DNA of 63,304 nt, counting the filler, from Reticulomyxa filosa (lineage: Eukaryota > Protista > Foraminifera), in assembly GCA_000512085.1 (NCBI GenBank). It is 9 parts of 9 records of this genome, joined end to end, with 100 filler letters (N's around TTAATTAATTAA, not from the genome) between each part and the next. Parts side by side here need not be neighbours in the genome. Positions count along the whole stretch, not along the records: positions 22,549 to 38,683 come from ASPP01021912.1; positions 38,784 to 46,006 come from ASPP01002191.1; positions 46,107 to 51,037 come from ASPP01005397.1; 6 more parts are not named here. The stretch is one strand, 5' to 3'. Numbering within the stretch: position 1 is the stretch's first letter; the number at the start of each line of letters is the position of its first letter. Shown here piece by piece: positions 36,434 through 49,449 of this stretch. The notes below the pieces were generated by a model, which had not been told where the DNA came from, made no database searches, and saw nothing but the letters and a program-made list of their open reading frames with translations. A program made the translations under genes and the position numbers.

Positions 36434-36790
36434 TGATGGTTATCCAAGCCTGTCTTGAGAGAGTTGGCTCTTAAACTAAATCAATGCAGCTTAGCAGAAA
36501 TTTAAAAATCGTTGAATATTGTTTTATCTAATATTCAACCAAAATCGCCTAAAATTTGTTTGCACTTTCGGTAAAATTTTCAGCAGAGTTATCTACCTCT
36601 TTCTAAACAGATTTGTCCAAAATAACACAAAAACGTGTACAACTAATTGAAACTTTTATTTTACAATATTGCTTTGTATAATGTTTATTTTTGTTCGTAA
36701 TTGGAACGTTTAAACGTTGGGAAGCGCTTGGAAAAGTTTTTTCATAGAATTTTGTTTATAATTAGGATTTAATTTACTGGAAATAAGAAT

Positions 36791-37775
36791 ATGATCCGTA
36801 GAGATGCTCGTTTACGAAGAGAATACATTTTTCGCAAATCATTGCAACCAAAGTATCGAGCAGAATATAAAATGAAAAAAAAAACTGCAGGAGGCAATCG
36901 ATGAAGGAGAAAAAGTACCAACTAGTTTGCGGACAAGATTTGATCGTTTGAAATTACAAATGAAAGCAGATGATGTCACCACAAAAGACGTTGGAAAAAA
37001 TAAGGTAAGTTACATAGACGATGAGTATGCAGAAGCTGGTATTAAAGACCCCAAAGTAATAATGACGACGTGTCGCGAACCAACAAACAAATTAACGCGT
37101 TTTGTGAAAGAAATGAAATTGTGTTTCCCCAATGCAACCCGTGTCAATCGAGGTTTGTGTGTTGCTTTTTCTTTTGCTCTATTTTTATTTCTGCAAGTTT
37201 TTATTAAATGAAATAACCAACACCAAAAAAAAAAAAAAGGTAACATTGATGTAAAAGAATTGGTTCGTTTGAGCAAAGCAGCAGGATTCACGGATTTGGT
37301 GATATTTCATGAACACAGCGGCATCTGTGACGGTATTATTGTTTGCCACTTACCATATGGACCCACAGCTTATTTCAGTGTCACGGATGTTGTCGCCCGA
37401 CATGATGTCCCAAAAAAGAGCTTGGCAAGTGTGAGTGAACAAATTCCACACTTAGTTTTCAATAACTTTCAAACCTTGCTCGGTGAGCGAGTCTGCAATG
37501 TATTGAAATTTTTATATCCTGTTGTACCAAATCAAAAGATTTCCCAAAAAATTCGACGAGTTATTTCATTTACAAATTTCAATGACTTTATCTTGTTTCG
37601 CCATCACATTTATCGTAAAAAAGAAAATAACGAAATTGAGTTGGTTGAAATTGGACCACGATTCACTATGAGATTGTACCAGATCAAGTTGGGAACAATC
37701 GATCAGAAAGAGTCTCCCATTGAATGGGTACTCAGGCCTTACTTCAACACCAGTTGGAAAAGAAAAGCATTGTAA
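36791..37775 (+). CDS. IMP4: U3 snoRNP protein IMP4 (Brix domain)
   Basis: MIRRDARLRREYIFRKS, IDDEYA, DPKVIMTT, RVNRGN, HLPYGPTAYF, FRHH, LVEIGPRF, EWVLRPY. Intron 37153-37239; A-run frameshift near 36880. Confidence 0.95.
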
Positions 37776-38683
37776 AAAAATTTCAATTATTTGTGTTCCC
37801 TTTTTTAACAAAATTTCAATTAAACTACCTTGGCTTATTGTTTTTATTTCTTATTTGAACTTATTGTCTTCGGTGTCGGCTTGGCTCTTTATAAGACTGG
37901 TTGAAAAATAGTATTTCATCATGCCTTCATTATCAAGCTGCTGATCCGGTTGTTCACCAAAACACGAATCTCCGTTTATTTTATTTGAGATTTTCCAAAG
38001 CAAATTGACTCACGATGACCAGATAGCGTTTTTTTATTGTTTTTTTACTGTTGCCATAATTTTAAATTATTTCAATTAACATAAATTTTTTGATTTTTTT
38101 CAACAACAAATATAAATTTCATTGCAACAGGTAATTATCAGTTAAGCACAAGAGCTCACCGCCAAGCAGGTACCTTTTTCACGGGGCTAGCAATTCGTAA
38201 AAAAATTCTGGCCACTTCATATCTGTTCACTTGTCAAAAAGTTGTTTTCTTTGAAGGGATTTGTTAATCTCCAGTTTAAATCTTAGTTATCTTTCAAGAT
38301 TTGAAGGTTATTTTGAAAAAAATTGATTGGAATTTCAACAACGAAAATTTTGAGAAATTTCTGAACGATATGATAATTTGATGTTGATTGCACGAAAATC
38401 GAATTTATTATAGTGATATCAAATTATCTGATAGTAGTATCTGGATGCTGAAAATAGATTCAGAGAATTTGTGTTATTTTAATATACATAAAGTTAAAAT
38501 ATTGTGAAAAAAGGCAAAATTAGTTAGAAAACAGTTTATGTTATTATCACAACACTTGTACGATCGTTTTAAAATTTTTTTGTGCAAAATATATTTATTA
38601 CACATTGCAAAAAATTTTCATAGTATCACTGATTTGCAAAAAATTAATGGAATTAATTTTGATAATACAATTAATTATTTAAT

Positions 38684-38783
38684 NNNNNNNNNNNNNNNNN
38701 NNNNNNNNNNNNNNNNNNNNNNNNNNNTTAATTAATTAANNNNNNNNNNNNNNNNNNNNNNNNNNNNNNNNNNNNNNNNNNNN
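38684..38783. other. Artificial contig linker
   Basis: N44-TTAATTAATTAA-N44. Confidence 0.98.
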
Positions 38784-38799
38784 TTCCTTTCGTATTACA
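38784..38799 (-). mobile_element. Terminus (TGTAATACGAAAGGAA) of a putative repeat/transposon, cut by the contig end
   Basis: 14/14 identity to the start of the 9164-9207 element (TGTAATACGAAAGG). Confidence 0.6.
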
Positions 38800-39764
38800 C
38801 TTAGTCTCCTCACTATTCCTACAATGCATTATTAAATAAAAAAGAACAAATTATATGTTGCTATTATTTTTTAGTAAAGAATACCTTATTGTGTGAAGGT
38901 ATGTAGATGCCAGTGTAATCAAACATAGTTGAGTGAGATATATGTTAGTGTTCTAAAAAGACTAAAAACTAAAATCAAATTATAAAACACTAGTGGTAGT
39001 ACAAGAGAATGAAAAATCTAAAATTATACACTGAAGATACCAATTTTCTCCAGAAAATCGATATTTGGTCAAAAAATGTAAATGCTTTTTTGATTATTTT
39101 TTTAAAAGAATAATTTTAACTTTGATTTTAAATCATTCCTTTTTTAAAAGCTGTTGTGGTAACGAAGTGAGAATTCATAGTTTCGTACACTCGATAGTTT
39201 CTTTTTATGATAACATACTAATTGCACTCAAAAGCAGAACAAATAATGATGTGAAATAAATAAATATAACATAAAGTAGTTAGATAATAACAAAAAGACG
39301 CAGAAAAAACTCAAAAGGTTCTGTTACAAAAACGGTGTGTAATCACAAACTATTTCTAGCAACCAATAAATCAAATATTGTTAAAAGACAACATAGTTCG
39401 AAAAGTGCGAAGCTAATTTTAAAAAGATTTGAGCTGAAAAAATATATGGACAAATCAGCTAATGATTCAAATTTTGACAAATTTGGAGACGTGAATACTA
39501 TTTAAAAAGATGTTGATGAAGTATTGATTTTTGCGTTAAAAAAAAATAATTTCTTTCACAAAGTAGTACTTTATATTAGTTTGTTCACAACGTGGCATGC
39601 CTTGTATAGAAAATGCATAAATAGCACTTAGGTATTATATTCTTTGCTGTAAATGGTGAGATACGCTTGAGGAATCTTTTGTTTGCTACAAGCAGCAAGA
39701 TCAAAGAGAACGGGAAAGGTGTTTAAGAAAAAATAAAAATTTGGATGCAACTGTTGAATTGTTG

Positions 39765-41229
39765 ATGGACAGACTGTGGTTATTGTTTGCTATAAATATA
39801 GCCTTCTATGTGGGAAGTTGTATAATACCAGCATGGTTTGCGTATATATTCGGGAGTTACAGTCATACGAACTGGTACCAAAAACGAATAGGAAAGTTGA
39901 GCTTGACAGCAATGTGTTGTTTTTCAATATTTCATCTTTTTCGTATTCCAGTGGTGGCATTAACGTTTTATCCGGACTTTGTGCAAGTGGACAATAGTTC
40001 AGCAACGAAGAACGGATTGGTTATGATAAAGCCGGAAGTGCGTAAGCAGTGGTGGTTCGCGACGATATTTTTGATTTTCACGGTGTTAGGAGGGATAGCG
40101 ATTACAGCCACAATATTTGTCCACGCCTATCGTGTGTGGGTATTGCACTTTCGGATTTTGAATTTATTTTACACCTTCGAATACGAATGGGTGTCTATAA
40201 TTGACCCTTCAGCAAACTCCTCCCCACCTTCGCCAGTCGCAAGACGACTCGCGAGCGAATCGTATGGGATGAAGCATTTTTACATTGAGCAGTACGAGCG
40301 ATTCGGAATCGGCCGCTGTCCACTTATCACAGTCATTTGGTTGGCCATTTTTTCGCTTTTTTTTTATGTCGCCAGTCAGTTTCTCCAGTTCCAGTGTTTT
40401 TTTTTTTTTTTTTAAAAAAAAAGGGGGGGGGGGGGGGCTCATGATCCTGAAGGAGAATTATAACTTTTATTTTGCACCCTTTTATATATATATATATATA
40501 TAAAGGTGTTTGAATGCGAAAGCGCGTGCAGTGGAATTGAGTTATTAAGTGTGACCCTTGTCTACGTAGATTACACATGTTAAGCACAATATGCAATGAT
40601 TTTGATAATTGTTTGTTTTTTTTTTTTTGATTTGAATCCAATGAAACACATATATGAAAATCCCTACAATCACAGTTGTGGGGATTGTAACATTGTTCGT
40701 GTCTTATCGCTTGCATACAATATCGGAGCTATTTAACGACAGTTATTGGGTGCGCGATGAGATTGTGAACGTGGCGAAATATGCGCTGCTGTTGATGTCG
40801 CTGTTGGCGGTTGCGTATGGACTGTTTTTTATGAAAGTGCTGGATAACTTGTCGCGCCTCACTATCGTCAACCTCGCCACTTGCTTATATTCGCTGTACA
40901 TTGGCGTGATGCTGACCCCTTCGATTGTGTACAACAACGAATTCGCAGTCAATTATCGTCATCCGACGAAATGTCCGTCCGCTTGCTGGAAACCCTGGTC
41001 CGTGTGTCACCAGTTTTACACTACTCGCAATCGTCGCACGGGCATCTGCTACTGCTGCTGGCCCCAGTTGCTGCCACTTTCCTTTGGCAGTTTCAGCGGT
41101 GGTGCTGCCATGACCATCGACCAAATCTTTTCAGATAAAAACGCCGTCCATTTGTTCATTCGACATTTGAGCAAAGAATTTAGCATGGGTAATGTGTTTC
41201 ATTACTACTCATTTAATAAGTAACATTAT

Positions 41230-41276
<47 letters not shown>

Positions 41277-42026
41277 CACATTTATATGTTGTTTTATACA
41301 AAATAGAACTATTACTCTCATTAATTGAAATGGCTCAATTTATTCATGAAATTAAAGCACGCGTTTCGGACCTTTCTTCCACTCAAAGCATTTTGGATGA
41401 AAAAAATATCGTGCTGTCAGACGAACTGCCCAGGTCTGTCTTGGTCCATGACTCCACTTCCATTTCCAACAAACTCGACACTTTCTGCAAACTCCATGTT
41501 GATCAATCTCCAACCATCACCACCTTGGACCAAAACTTGTTATATTTCAAAATCATTGCACGTTCGCTATTCTTAAAATACATTAAATTGGGCTCCAAGT
41601 TTTGTTTTTTTTTTTTTCATTCATCCATTTAACTCGTCTTTGTGTATATACATACATATACATATATGAATATATGTATATGTATGTATGTATGTGTGTG
41701 TGTGCACAAGACATGAAATAAATATTGGCTCGAACGAACGATTGAAACTGACCAATTTAATGAGCGATGAATACATGTGGCTTGCCAATGATTACACAAA
41801 ATTAGAGTCAGATCGTGTCAACGTCACTTGGAACTTTTCTTGGACTACCTTCCATTCCAATTCCCCAACCGACGTAAAGCAAATTACTGGCATCACCACC
41901 ATCCAAGGCCTATTTCATGTGTTCGACGAATGCATCACTGAAGTTCATCAGTTCTTGCGTTCTTCCTTTGTTCGCTTTCTCAAAACTTCTGAGTGTGCGG
42001 GTTTGGCTCGTACCCCTACCACTTAA
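39765..42026 (+). CDS. 7TM-RGS protein (multi-pass membrane region fused to C-terminal RGS domain)
   Basis: About 7 hydrophobic segments, then IDQIFSDKNAVHLFIRHLSKEFSME-LLLSLIE...ARSLFLKYIKLGS...HEINIG...LFHVFDECITEVHQFLRSSFVRF. Start and middle exons approximate. Confidence 0.82.
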
Positions 42027-42564
42027 CTTTTAGTTCAACTTTTTTTTTTTAGTTTCCCTTTTTTCTATTTCGGTTGTGTATTTCCTTTTTTTTTTTAAAT
42101 TTTGTGAGTAAAAACTCTTGGCTCTTTTTTTTTTTCCTCTTGATGTTTGAGATTAAAAAAAAAATCCTCAAACATAGCACGACTAAACTAGTTTTTTTTC
42201 GATTTGTCCATTTTTTTGAAGTTGATTTGAGCTTGGCAATCTTTTTTTAAATAAATGAGAAAAGAAAACAAAATCTTTGTCCTTAGTCTTGTTTTGTTAA
42301 AAACACTAAAATTAACTCTTAGAAACAATCGAAATCTTGCCATGAAAATGCGACGTTCTTTTTACAATAATGCACGAATTAATCGATGATTAGTCTATCA
42401 TCAATTTATCGGATTGAGATAGATTAATAAACTAAAATAATTAGATACACATTTTGTACAAGCCTTTTTTTGAGGGATCCTCTTCAAATAAAAAATTCTC
42501 CACAAACATCTGCAAGCTTATAATCAATTTATAAATTTTAAACTCACTAAAGTAAAAAACGCAC

Positions 42565-44515
42565 ATGAGTAAAATTGAAGATGAAAAATCGGAAGAAAAT
42601 GAAAGAGGACATGTTGCAACTGGAGTAACTCCGTGCTTCGACAAGGATTGGGTGCTGCGCTCAAACTCACCAGAACAAATTAATCATTGTATTTGCTTGA
42701 TTTGTAAACAAATTGCAAATAATCCAGTTGAAATTAACTGTGCTCAACATGAAAATATGGACGAAGCATTGATTGTAGGAGAGAATTGTTTAAAACAATT
42801 TCTCAGCAATAATAACAACGCATGTCCTGTTGAACCTCATGATGGTTGCCAGTATTATAAAGCAAAGGCAGTGCAAAAACATATCAGTGAATTGAATGTC
42901 ATATGCCAGAGACAATTCAAACAAGATTTGAAAACAACTGGAAGAAATGAAGAAGGTCAAACAGTTGAAGATGTGACAGCGATATGTCATTTTAATGGGA
43001 AAATAAAAGACATGAGTTATCACTTGAATACCACATGTGGATTAAAATTATCCAATTGTTGGTTCAAAGAATTTGGATGTAGCCACTCTTGTTTCGAGAT
43101 CGAATTAAAACAACATTTAATTAGAAACATGCGAGATCACTTTGAGCTAGTAATTAAGAAATTTGAATTGATGCAACAAATCATCCAACAACAACAAGTT
43201 TATATTTTTTTTTTCTCTTTATCAAAGGTTTACAAAACAATTTTAAACTCAAATAATGAAAATAGGATGAAATAAAACAATTGAAATTGGAAAATGAAAA
43301 ACTGACAGAAAGAGAATTAAATAAAAAAAAAGAAAGAAAGAGATCTCAAAAATAAACAATGACGAAAACAAAAACGAAGATTATAATAATTATGAATTAT
43401 TAAAATCCAAATTCAATCAGCATTCTGCAATCAATTTTGATATACTCCTTTCGTCACTCAAATTACCTAAAACATTTAATGGACATACTCATACTGTGTA
43501 TAGTATTGATTATACTTTAGATAATGGTCAATTCCTTTGCTCCAGTTCAGGTGATAACACAGTTCGTGTATGGGATATGAAGACCAGCAAACAAATTCAA
43601 TTATTCAATGGACATTCATCCAGTGTGTATTGTGCAAAATTTTCACCTTATCATTATAACAACCACAATCGCAATGTTATTTGCTCTTCATCTCTTGACA
43701 AAACTATTCGTGTTTGGGATATTAAAGATAATCAACAATTGCAAATATTCAATGGAAATTCAAATGTAGTTTGTGGCATTGATATATCACCATTTAATGG
43801 TGGTCGATATTTGTGCTCTGGATCTGACAATAATATTCGTTTATGGGACATTGAGACATCTAAATCGCTGCATGTTTTCAAAGGGCATAAAAATACAGTT
43901 TGGTGTGTGGAATTTTCATCATTGCAAAGTAAAAAAAACAATAGCAATAAGAATAACAGTGTTGGTGTGATTGGTGGTAATGGATATACCATTTGCTCTG
44001 GATCAGGTGATAATACAATTTGTATCTGGGACATTGAAACAACTAAACAATCGACTATATTCAAGGGACATAAAAATTGGATTAGAAGTTTAAAATATGG
44101 GTCAAATGGATTAGGAAATAGTGAAGATCAAACTACAATATTATCTGGATCATCAGATAAAAGTGTTCGTTTGTGGGATATTCGATCCGCTCAACAAATT
44201 CAATTGTTCAAAGGACATACACAGACTGTATGGGCTGTTCAATATTCACCATTTGCAGTGGATAATATTGAATTTGGTGATAGTTCAAATGTAATATGTT
44301 CTGGATCAGAAGATAACACAATTCGTTTTTGGGATGTTCGATCAAATAAGAAAGAATTGTATGTGATCAAAGCAGATAACCAAGAAGATAATGGAATATC
44401 ATGTCTTAAATTTATATCATTGAAAATGAAAGGAAAAAACAATAATAAAACAAATAATGATTATGATGTTCATTTATGCTATGGCTCAAGAAGAGGTTTA
44501 ATTCGTATTTGGTGA
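42565..44515 (+). CDS. WD40-repeat protein with N-terminal RING/TRAF-like Cys/His region and coiled coil
   Basis: CICLICKQIANNPVEINC...CENCL-like...CPVEPH and CWFKEFGCSH, then ~7 GH...WD repeats (SGDNTVRVWD, DKTIRVWD, DKSVRLWD, DNTIRFWD). Intron ~43198-43265; A-run frameshift near 43330. Confidence 0.9.
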
Positions 44516-44799
44516 TGAACAATATTAATGTAATTTTCGTATGAAAAGATAGTGATAAAAATTTTTTAGTGGATTTGTTTTACTTGCAATTTTCAATTTT
44601 TTTAGTGTTTTTTTTAAGAATACAAGTGACATGGATTGATCAATATAAACAAGATTTATTTCTTAAAAATGTAGTTGATATTATTTCTTTTGCTTTTCTT
44701 TTCTTGCATCTCAAAACTAAAACAAACACAATTAAATTTTTGTGTTCCTTTAAATGAATTAAACAATAGTCGTTCTTTGTTCAATGAAAAGCAACCATT

Positions 44800-45150
44800 T
44801 TACAAAAAAAAAGCTCAAATGACCGTTTCAAAAAGTTCCACCATATTCTTCAACAGGTTCCAAGTGCTTCACTCCAATGGCAAAGTAGTTTTTTGAACAC
44901 ACCTTGCCAAATGCATCTTCACAAAGAAATTTTTTCGTCTTGCAAACATAACATATATTCTTCATCTACCGAAAACTAACTTGAGCTTGAACTACACAAA
45001 TTGTCAGATTTGCTCATAACAAAAACAGAAATACCATCTGAACCAGACACAATTCGTCCATCAGGTGAAAATTAAACAGAGTTGACACCATGTGAATGAA
45101 CTTCCAAAGTTTGAATTAATTTCCTGATGATGCATCCCACAATCGAATGA
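44800..45150 (-). pseudogene. Degenerate WD40 gene fragment
   Basis: Minus strand reads approximately IRLWDASSG.LIQTLEVHSHGVNSV.FSPDGRIVSGSDG, with frameshifts and stops; no intact ORF. Confidence 0.6.
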
Positions 45151-46006
45151 TAAAATAAAAATTAGCAAGCTGACTGTTAGTGCGGTGCATTATTACTTAA
45201 AAAGGCTATCATGATGGAGTTTAATAAACATGTATGTGTACTCGATGAATCCGCAACTATCGTATAAAAACTCATCATATACAAGAAATACAAATAGCAA
45301 CTTCAACCAGACGACAAGCACAGAAGAAGAGAACTAAAGTACACAGAGTAACCTGACACAACATCAGACAATTGAAATTACTAACAGTTTGGAGTCACAA
45401 AAAACGGAAACTTAAATGGAAAGTTGGTATGGCAAGTAAGAATCGAAGCTGAAATATCACAATCAAAAACTGTATTTTAACAGTTATGTATCAGGTTTTC
45501 GCTGTCCTTAATGTGAGTGCAATCAAGAATAGTTTGATAAAATTGCTAGCAACATAGACAACAACAGCGTAAAGAAACAATATAGCGGCAAGACAAGAAA
45601 AATAATCAACATCAAAACAAAATATTGACAGTAAAAGTAGAAACACAACTAATGATAGATTTTCCTCACTGGAACTAGGACATGATCAAGAAAAACATTA
45701 AGTTAAAAAATATACTGAATTGCAGAAAATAGAATAAATTAGTCAAAGAGTCAACTATAAAGAAACAATCGGAAGGATAGTTATAAAAGAAATCTTAAAA
45801 AACGAAGAAGATGCAACATAAAAACAACAGTGAAGACACAAACATAACTGATGAAAAAAATCACATATATGAAACGACTGCAAACTCTACGATAAAAAGT
45901 GATATGAATAGATTCTTATCACATATAATGACAATATATAGAATATGAATACACAGTAGTTAAAAAAAAAAATGTCATACCTAAATGGCACTATATGAAT
46001 AGAATC

Positions 46007-46106
46007 NNNNNNNNNNNNNNNNNNNNNNNNNNNNNNNNNNNNNNNNNNNNTTAATTAATTAANNNNNNNNNNNNNNNNNNNNNNNNNNNNNNNNNNNNNN
46101 NNNNNN
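46007..46106. other. Artificial contig linker
   Basis: N44-TTAATTAATTAA-N44. Confidence 0.98.
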
Positions 46107-46145
<39 letters not shown>

Positions 46146-46148
46146 TAG

Positions 46149-46887
46149 CGGCGAACCAAGGACAAGTGTATGAGGCTTATAACATGGCGAAATTATGGAA
46201 ACTGCCGGTGATATATTTGGTGGAAAACAACCAATATGGCATGGGTACTTCAATTGAAAGAGCCTCTGCAGTCACACAATTCTACACTCGTGGTGATTAC
46301 ATCCCTGGCATTCAAGTTGACGGCATGAATATGTTGGCAGTCAGAGAAGCCATAAGACACGCCAGACACCATTGCGTTAGCGGAAATGGCCCCATTGTTG
46401 TTGAGGCGATGACTTATCGTTATCATGGGCATAGCATGTCTGATCCAGGTAACATAACTTTTTCTCATTTGTTCAAGCCAAGCCATTTTTATGTGTGTAT
46501 ATGTATATACGTTGTTATTGCTGCTATGTCATTATTTTTTTTATTTTTTATTTTTTATTTTTTTGAAAAAAAGGTATCAGTTATCGTAGCAACGACGAGG
46601 TACAGGAATACCGTAGCCGATTTGATCCCATTCGAAAAGTACGAAACTGGATCACGGAACACAAATGGATGGATGAAAATGAATTGAAAAGCTTGGATGC
46701 TGAGATCCGCAAGAAAGTTGAAGACGAAGCCAAGGATGCTGAAGGCGATCGCATGCTCACTAAAGAAGAGTTAGTGACAGATATTTATTCCCAAGGCCCT
46801 CCTTCTTTTGTCCGATATGGAGATTATGCTGATAGTATCATTGACGGAAAGAAACGCGTCAAAGATGTTTATCCAGAATACGCTTAA
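46149..46887 (+). CDS. PDHA1: Pyruvate dehydrogenase E1 alpha subunit, 5'-partial
   Basis: [55 protein letters not shown]. Intron ~46449-46573. Confidence 0.96.
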
Positions 46888-47579
46888 AGTTTTGGTTTAA
46901 ATAAATAAAAAAGCGAATAAACATTCTAACATTCGTGGTTGGTGTGTAAAGAACCTCTTACCGGGTTGATTTCTTTTTTTTTTTTGCTTCCATTTCAAAT
47001 TTATTCTGAAAGCACTTACATTTTTCTTTCACTGGACAACCACTTTGAATGTACTTGTTTTTTCGAGTTCACACTCACGGATCAATATTGTTGTCCTTCA
47101 TAACCTCAGATAAACAAAAGATTCCAAACTTGATTTCCTTCATCACTTTTTGTACTAAGATCTAGTCTCATTATTGAAAGATCATTAGTTTAGGTTCAAA
47201 ACATTTGTAGAGAGTTAGAATTCAAAAAAGCTCTGATTTGTAGGATTTTTAGAAGGGTAGCGTCTACTAACAGAGTAAATTAAATTTTCATATTATATTG
47301 AAAAATAAAGTTAATGAATACTTTTTGATGACTGCTTAGTATTATTAAAACAAAAATTGATTCTGGATGTTCTCGTCAAGTTCCGTAGTCGACAAAATTC
47401 GTTCTCAAGCAAGCCACATCAGCATACACAAATATTTACACGATCATATATTCAATAATTACATGTTGAACAATTTTCTTGAAGCGTGAGTACGTGAAAA
47501 AGACAGTGTAGCCTTTTCTGTGTTCACCTTCGAGATTTTTTCCAAGTTACGTTCATTTTTATCGATTTTAAAACCAAAA

Positions 47580-48366
47580 ATGCAAGCCAAAGTAATAAGC
47601 TTTTTTTCAAAAAGCCAGTTTCGATTTTCGATTTTATTGGGTGTGACACTTGTCGGTGAAATAACACTGCTAGCGTTGTCAATAGTACAAACAAAGAGTG
47701 AAGGCAATACCCATTCGTCAAAGTCATGGTCAGACATTTGTAGCGAGCAAACTATGCAATATTTTAACCCATTTCGTTTAGAATTGAAGAATGGTGATTA
47801 CTTCAGTTGCCCATGGCCAGTAAACGACAGCGTATTTCGCATTATCTTATGCTTTTTGGTGATTTTCTACAATGTTGGAATATTTGTTACATTATTGAAA
47901 TCATTTCAGAGGAGGGTATGGACAATTTGTCGATATAGCATGCTTGTCTTAAGTGGTTGTTCATTTGCAGTATTTGTTCTTGACTCGGACCATTGCAGAA
48001 CCGGTTTTGATTTGTGTAATAATGATTTTGAAATTGACGGGAACAAAGTTATTTTTTAAAAATACACAGTATACGTAAAAAAAAAAAAAAAAAACTCAAT
48101 AGATCCTTTCTTTCAGCCCTGGCATTAAGCAATGTGTATTGATTCCATTCATTTGGACGATATTATTGGATTTGGCAGTGTTCATTTTGACAACATGGCA
48201 ATTTTTGACTATGCAATTATATCCTTATCTCGGCGTTGCTGCTTACACTGGTGAACAAAAGGTCGTGCAAAGTCCTGCTAAAGTGGAACCCGTTTCCAAA
48301 AAATCTGACGCTGGAGAACAAAAAAATACTGAACAACCTTCTAACACTGGTGCATTCGGTATTTAA
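47580..48366 (+). CDS. Small four-pass membrane protein with Cys-containing loops, unknown function
   Basis: Four hydrophobic segments over two exons (intron ~48048-48102); loop CSEQ...FSCPWP and HCRTGFDLC. Confidence 0.65.
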
Positions 48367-48993
48367 TTGGATGTTTTTGATGTCGCCGTAAATCTACAAA
48401 AATAATTTTTTGACAACGTAATAATAAATTTGAAGTTCTTATTAACACGTAACGGGATCTCTCTGGAAAAAACTTTTTTGGTGTCTTTTTTGCATGTAAA
48501 ACTCTTTTAAGCCCTAAATTTAGAGAGTATAGAAACAAAAATTATGGAATTAAAATCTTGATCTGTAAAAAAGAACTAGAAAGAAAGGGAAGGAGGAATC
48601 AGACAGACTAAATTTTGGTGAATGGCTTTTTTTCCCACAGTCATTCTCAGCTTATCTAATCAAATCAAAACAGAGATTTGCCATTAAATGTCTCCTTCAA
48701 ACAGGCATACACTTTTTATGAAATGCATCTTTTTGAAAATATATCTCAAACAAAAAACTCCAAGTGATCGAGACATGAGGAGAAGACAGGTTGCTTACAA
48801 AAAAACAACTAAAAAGAAACAAGGCAGTAATATTTTTTAAATAATAAAAGACGGATCGTACAATAAAGAAAAAATACATATAACAAGTTCAAGTGAATCG
48901 GGGTACTTTTTTTTTTGGATTAAGTCGATGAGAACCTTTGAAAATATTGAAATAAGTTAAAAGTAGTATATGAAAAGAGTATATGATTTTTGG

Positions 48994-49449
48994 CTACTTC
49001 AATGAGAAGTGAAGGCAGTCTCCTTTTCGAATTCCATATTTCTGAAAAGTTTGACCGTTCAAAAGTACCTGACTTGCATAAATCAACACTTGATTGTCAA
49101 ATGGAACTGACAGAGTGTCTGTGATTGCATGTTTCAGATCAGATATCTTGATATCTTCCCACTTCACACGTTCGTTTGGCAATGATACTTTGACCACCTT
49201 ACCACGTAGCGTTTGAATATACACAAATTTAGAGCTTTTAGTTTTGTCTTCCATGTTCACTTCATCGTATTTTGTTGATTCAAATCCTTCAAAACATAAC
49301 CTTTTATTTTCTGGTAATTTATCCCATGAACGTGGATACTCTTCAGTGTCCATATTCGAACTCCATGTTGTTATCCCACTGCTCAGTTTGCGGCATTTCG
49401 CTTCTGGAACTACCACATCCTCTACCGCACTTATGCACCGTTTTGCCAT
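48994..49449 (-). CDS. Ubiquitin-like domain protein without C-terminal diglycine
   Basis: VYIQTLRGK...ISDLKHAI...VPFDNQVLIYASQVLLNGQTFQKYGIRKGDCLHFSLK*. Confidence 0.85.
   Translation of the reverse strand: MAKRCISAVEDVVVPEAKCRKLSSGITTWSSNMDTEEYPRSWDKLPENKRLCFEGFESTKYDEVNMEDKTKSSKFVYIQTLRGKVVKVSLPNERVKWEDIKISDLKHAITDTLSVPFDNQVLIYASQVLLNGQTFQKYGIRKGDCLHFSLK

Noticed and set aside
38140-38683. Possible DNA transposon remnant before the contig end
   Set aside because: No ORF, inverted-repeat partner or transposase motif could be supported by eye.
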